A stretch of 52,064 nt of DNA from Octopus bimaculoides (taxonomy: Eukaryota): assembly GCF_001194135.2 (NCBI RefSeq), contig NC_068982.1, positions 62,621,614 to 62,673,677 on the forward strand, read 5' to 3'. The notes under the pieces were generated by a model. It saw only the letters and a list, made by a program, of their open reading frames with translations. It did not search any database and was not told the origin of the DNA. Below are positions 51,188 through 52,064 of this stretch, piece by piece (positions within the stretch are counted from its first letter, which is position 1; every line of letters starts with the position of its first letter). A program made the translations under genes and the position numbers.

Positions 51188-51842
51188 TGTATGCGTGTGT
51201 ATGTGTGAGTGAGTGAGTGAATGAGTAAATGAGAGGGTCAGTGAGTGAGTGAGTAAGTACGTACGCACGTACGTGTGTAAGTAAGTGAGTAAGTACGTGT
51301 GTGCGTGTGTGTGTATAACAAAGCATAAATAATGGACATTATTTCCTTTGTAGTAAATTCCTTATTGAAGTAAATTTGACTTACGGCTGTTTCTAGAACT
51401 CCTTATAAGTTCGTTATTGACAGGTTTACTCAATCGGCCCATTGATCGCTTGAGAAAAATTGAACGACCTACGTAATTAATGCTACTTCCGTCAAAGTTA
51501 TTTCTGCTTATGACCTAACAGATCACTGAAGGAACGGTACAGTAGAGGGTGAACAGGGGAAATAAGTATCAGTATAAGGTAAGTGGAAGAGTGATAAAGG
51601 AGGAAACGGAAAGAAAAGTGATGATTTGGATGAGAGGGACTAAAGTGTTGAGAAGGAAAAGAAGGAATAGGAAAAATAGAGGAGATGAGGCATACGATAG
51701 TAAAAAATGCACAGGATGGCCGACATTAAGGAGAGGACAGTCGAAAATACTTGCATTGTCTACAGGCCAAACAGTACATACACGCAAACGCACACACACA
51801 CACACTCATACACACGCGCATGCACACACACACATTCTTTTA

Positions 51843-52045
51843 TTCTTTTAATTGTTTCAGTCATCTGACTGCGGCCATGCTGGAGCACAGCCTTTAGTTG
51901 AACAAATCGACCCCATGACTTATTCTCTGTAAGCCTAGTACTTACTCTATCAGTCCCTTTTGCCGAAGTGCCAAGTTACGGGGACGTAAACACACCAACA
52001 TCGGTTGTCAAGCGATGGTGGGGGGACAATCACAGACACACAAAT
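51843..52045 (-). mobile_element. SINE family A, 3' half
   Basis: Reverse complement of the 3' domain (ggcggtgctccagcatggccgcagtca...). Confidence 0.78.
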
Positions 52046-52064
52046 AAATGCATACATGCATATA

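Overview
AT-rich, microsatellite-dense eukaryotic draft assembly with about 22 N-gaps (roughly 8.5 kb). The repeat landscape (tRNA-headed SINEs with internal (TA)n/(TG)n tracts, abundant (CATA)n) suggests a coleoid cephalopod, probably Octopus; that assignment is inference. The only securely identifiable host gene is a minus-strand NR2E3/PNR-type nuclear receptor. Three phase-compatible exons (42576-42376, 34017-33773, 32865-32628) encode the hinge and most of the ligand-binding domain. The DNA-binding-domain exons and the last LBD exons are not visible; they lie outside the window or inside gaps. The rest is intronic or intergenic DNA with three SINE families, two mariner remnants, fragments of CR1-like, RTE, L1/Tx1-like and Penelope-like retroelements, and five copies of a restriction-like-endonuclease (RLE) non-LTR element. 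Most supplied ORFs are microsatellite or N-gap artefacts. The best leads are: (1) hammerhead-ribozyme motifs in Penelope-like termini, including an inverted pair at 2.1-2.4 kb; (2) an RLE retrotransposon whose 5' junctions all abut (CATA)n/CATATA(T), suggesting microsatellite targeting; (3) a ~1.15 kb palindrome of two MITE-like units each interrupted at the same site by the same SINE; (4) conserved intron phases and SUMO motifs in the PNR gene; (5) a possible second, unidentified minus-strand gene. I see no evidence of a prokaryote-style system (CRISPR, operon, defence island).
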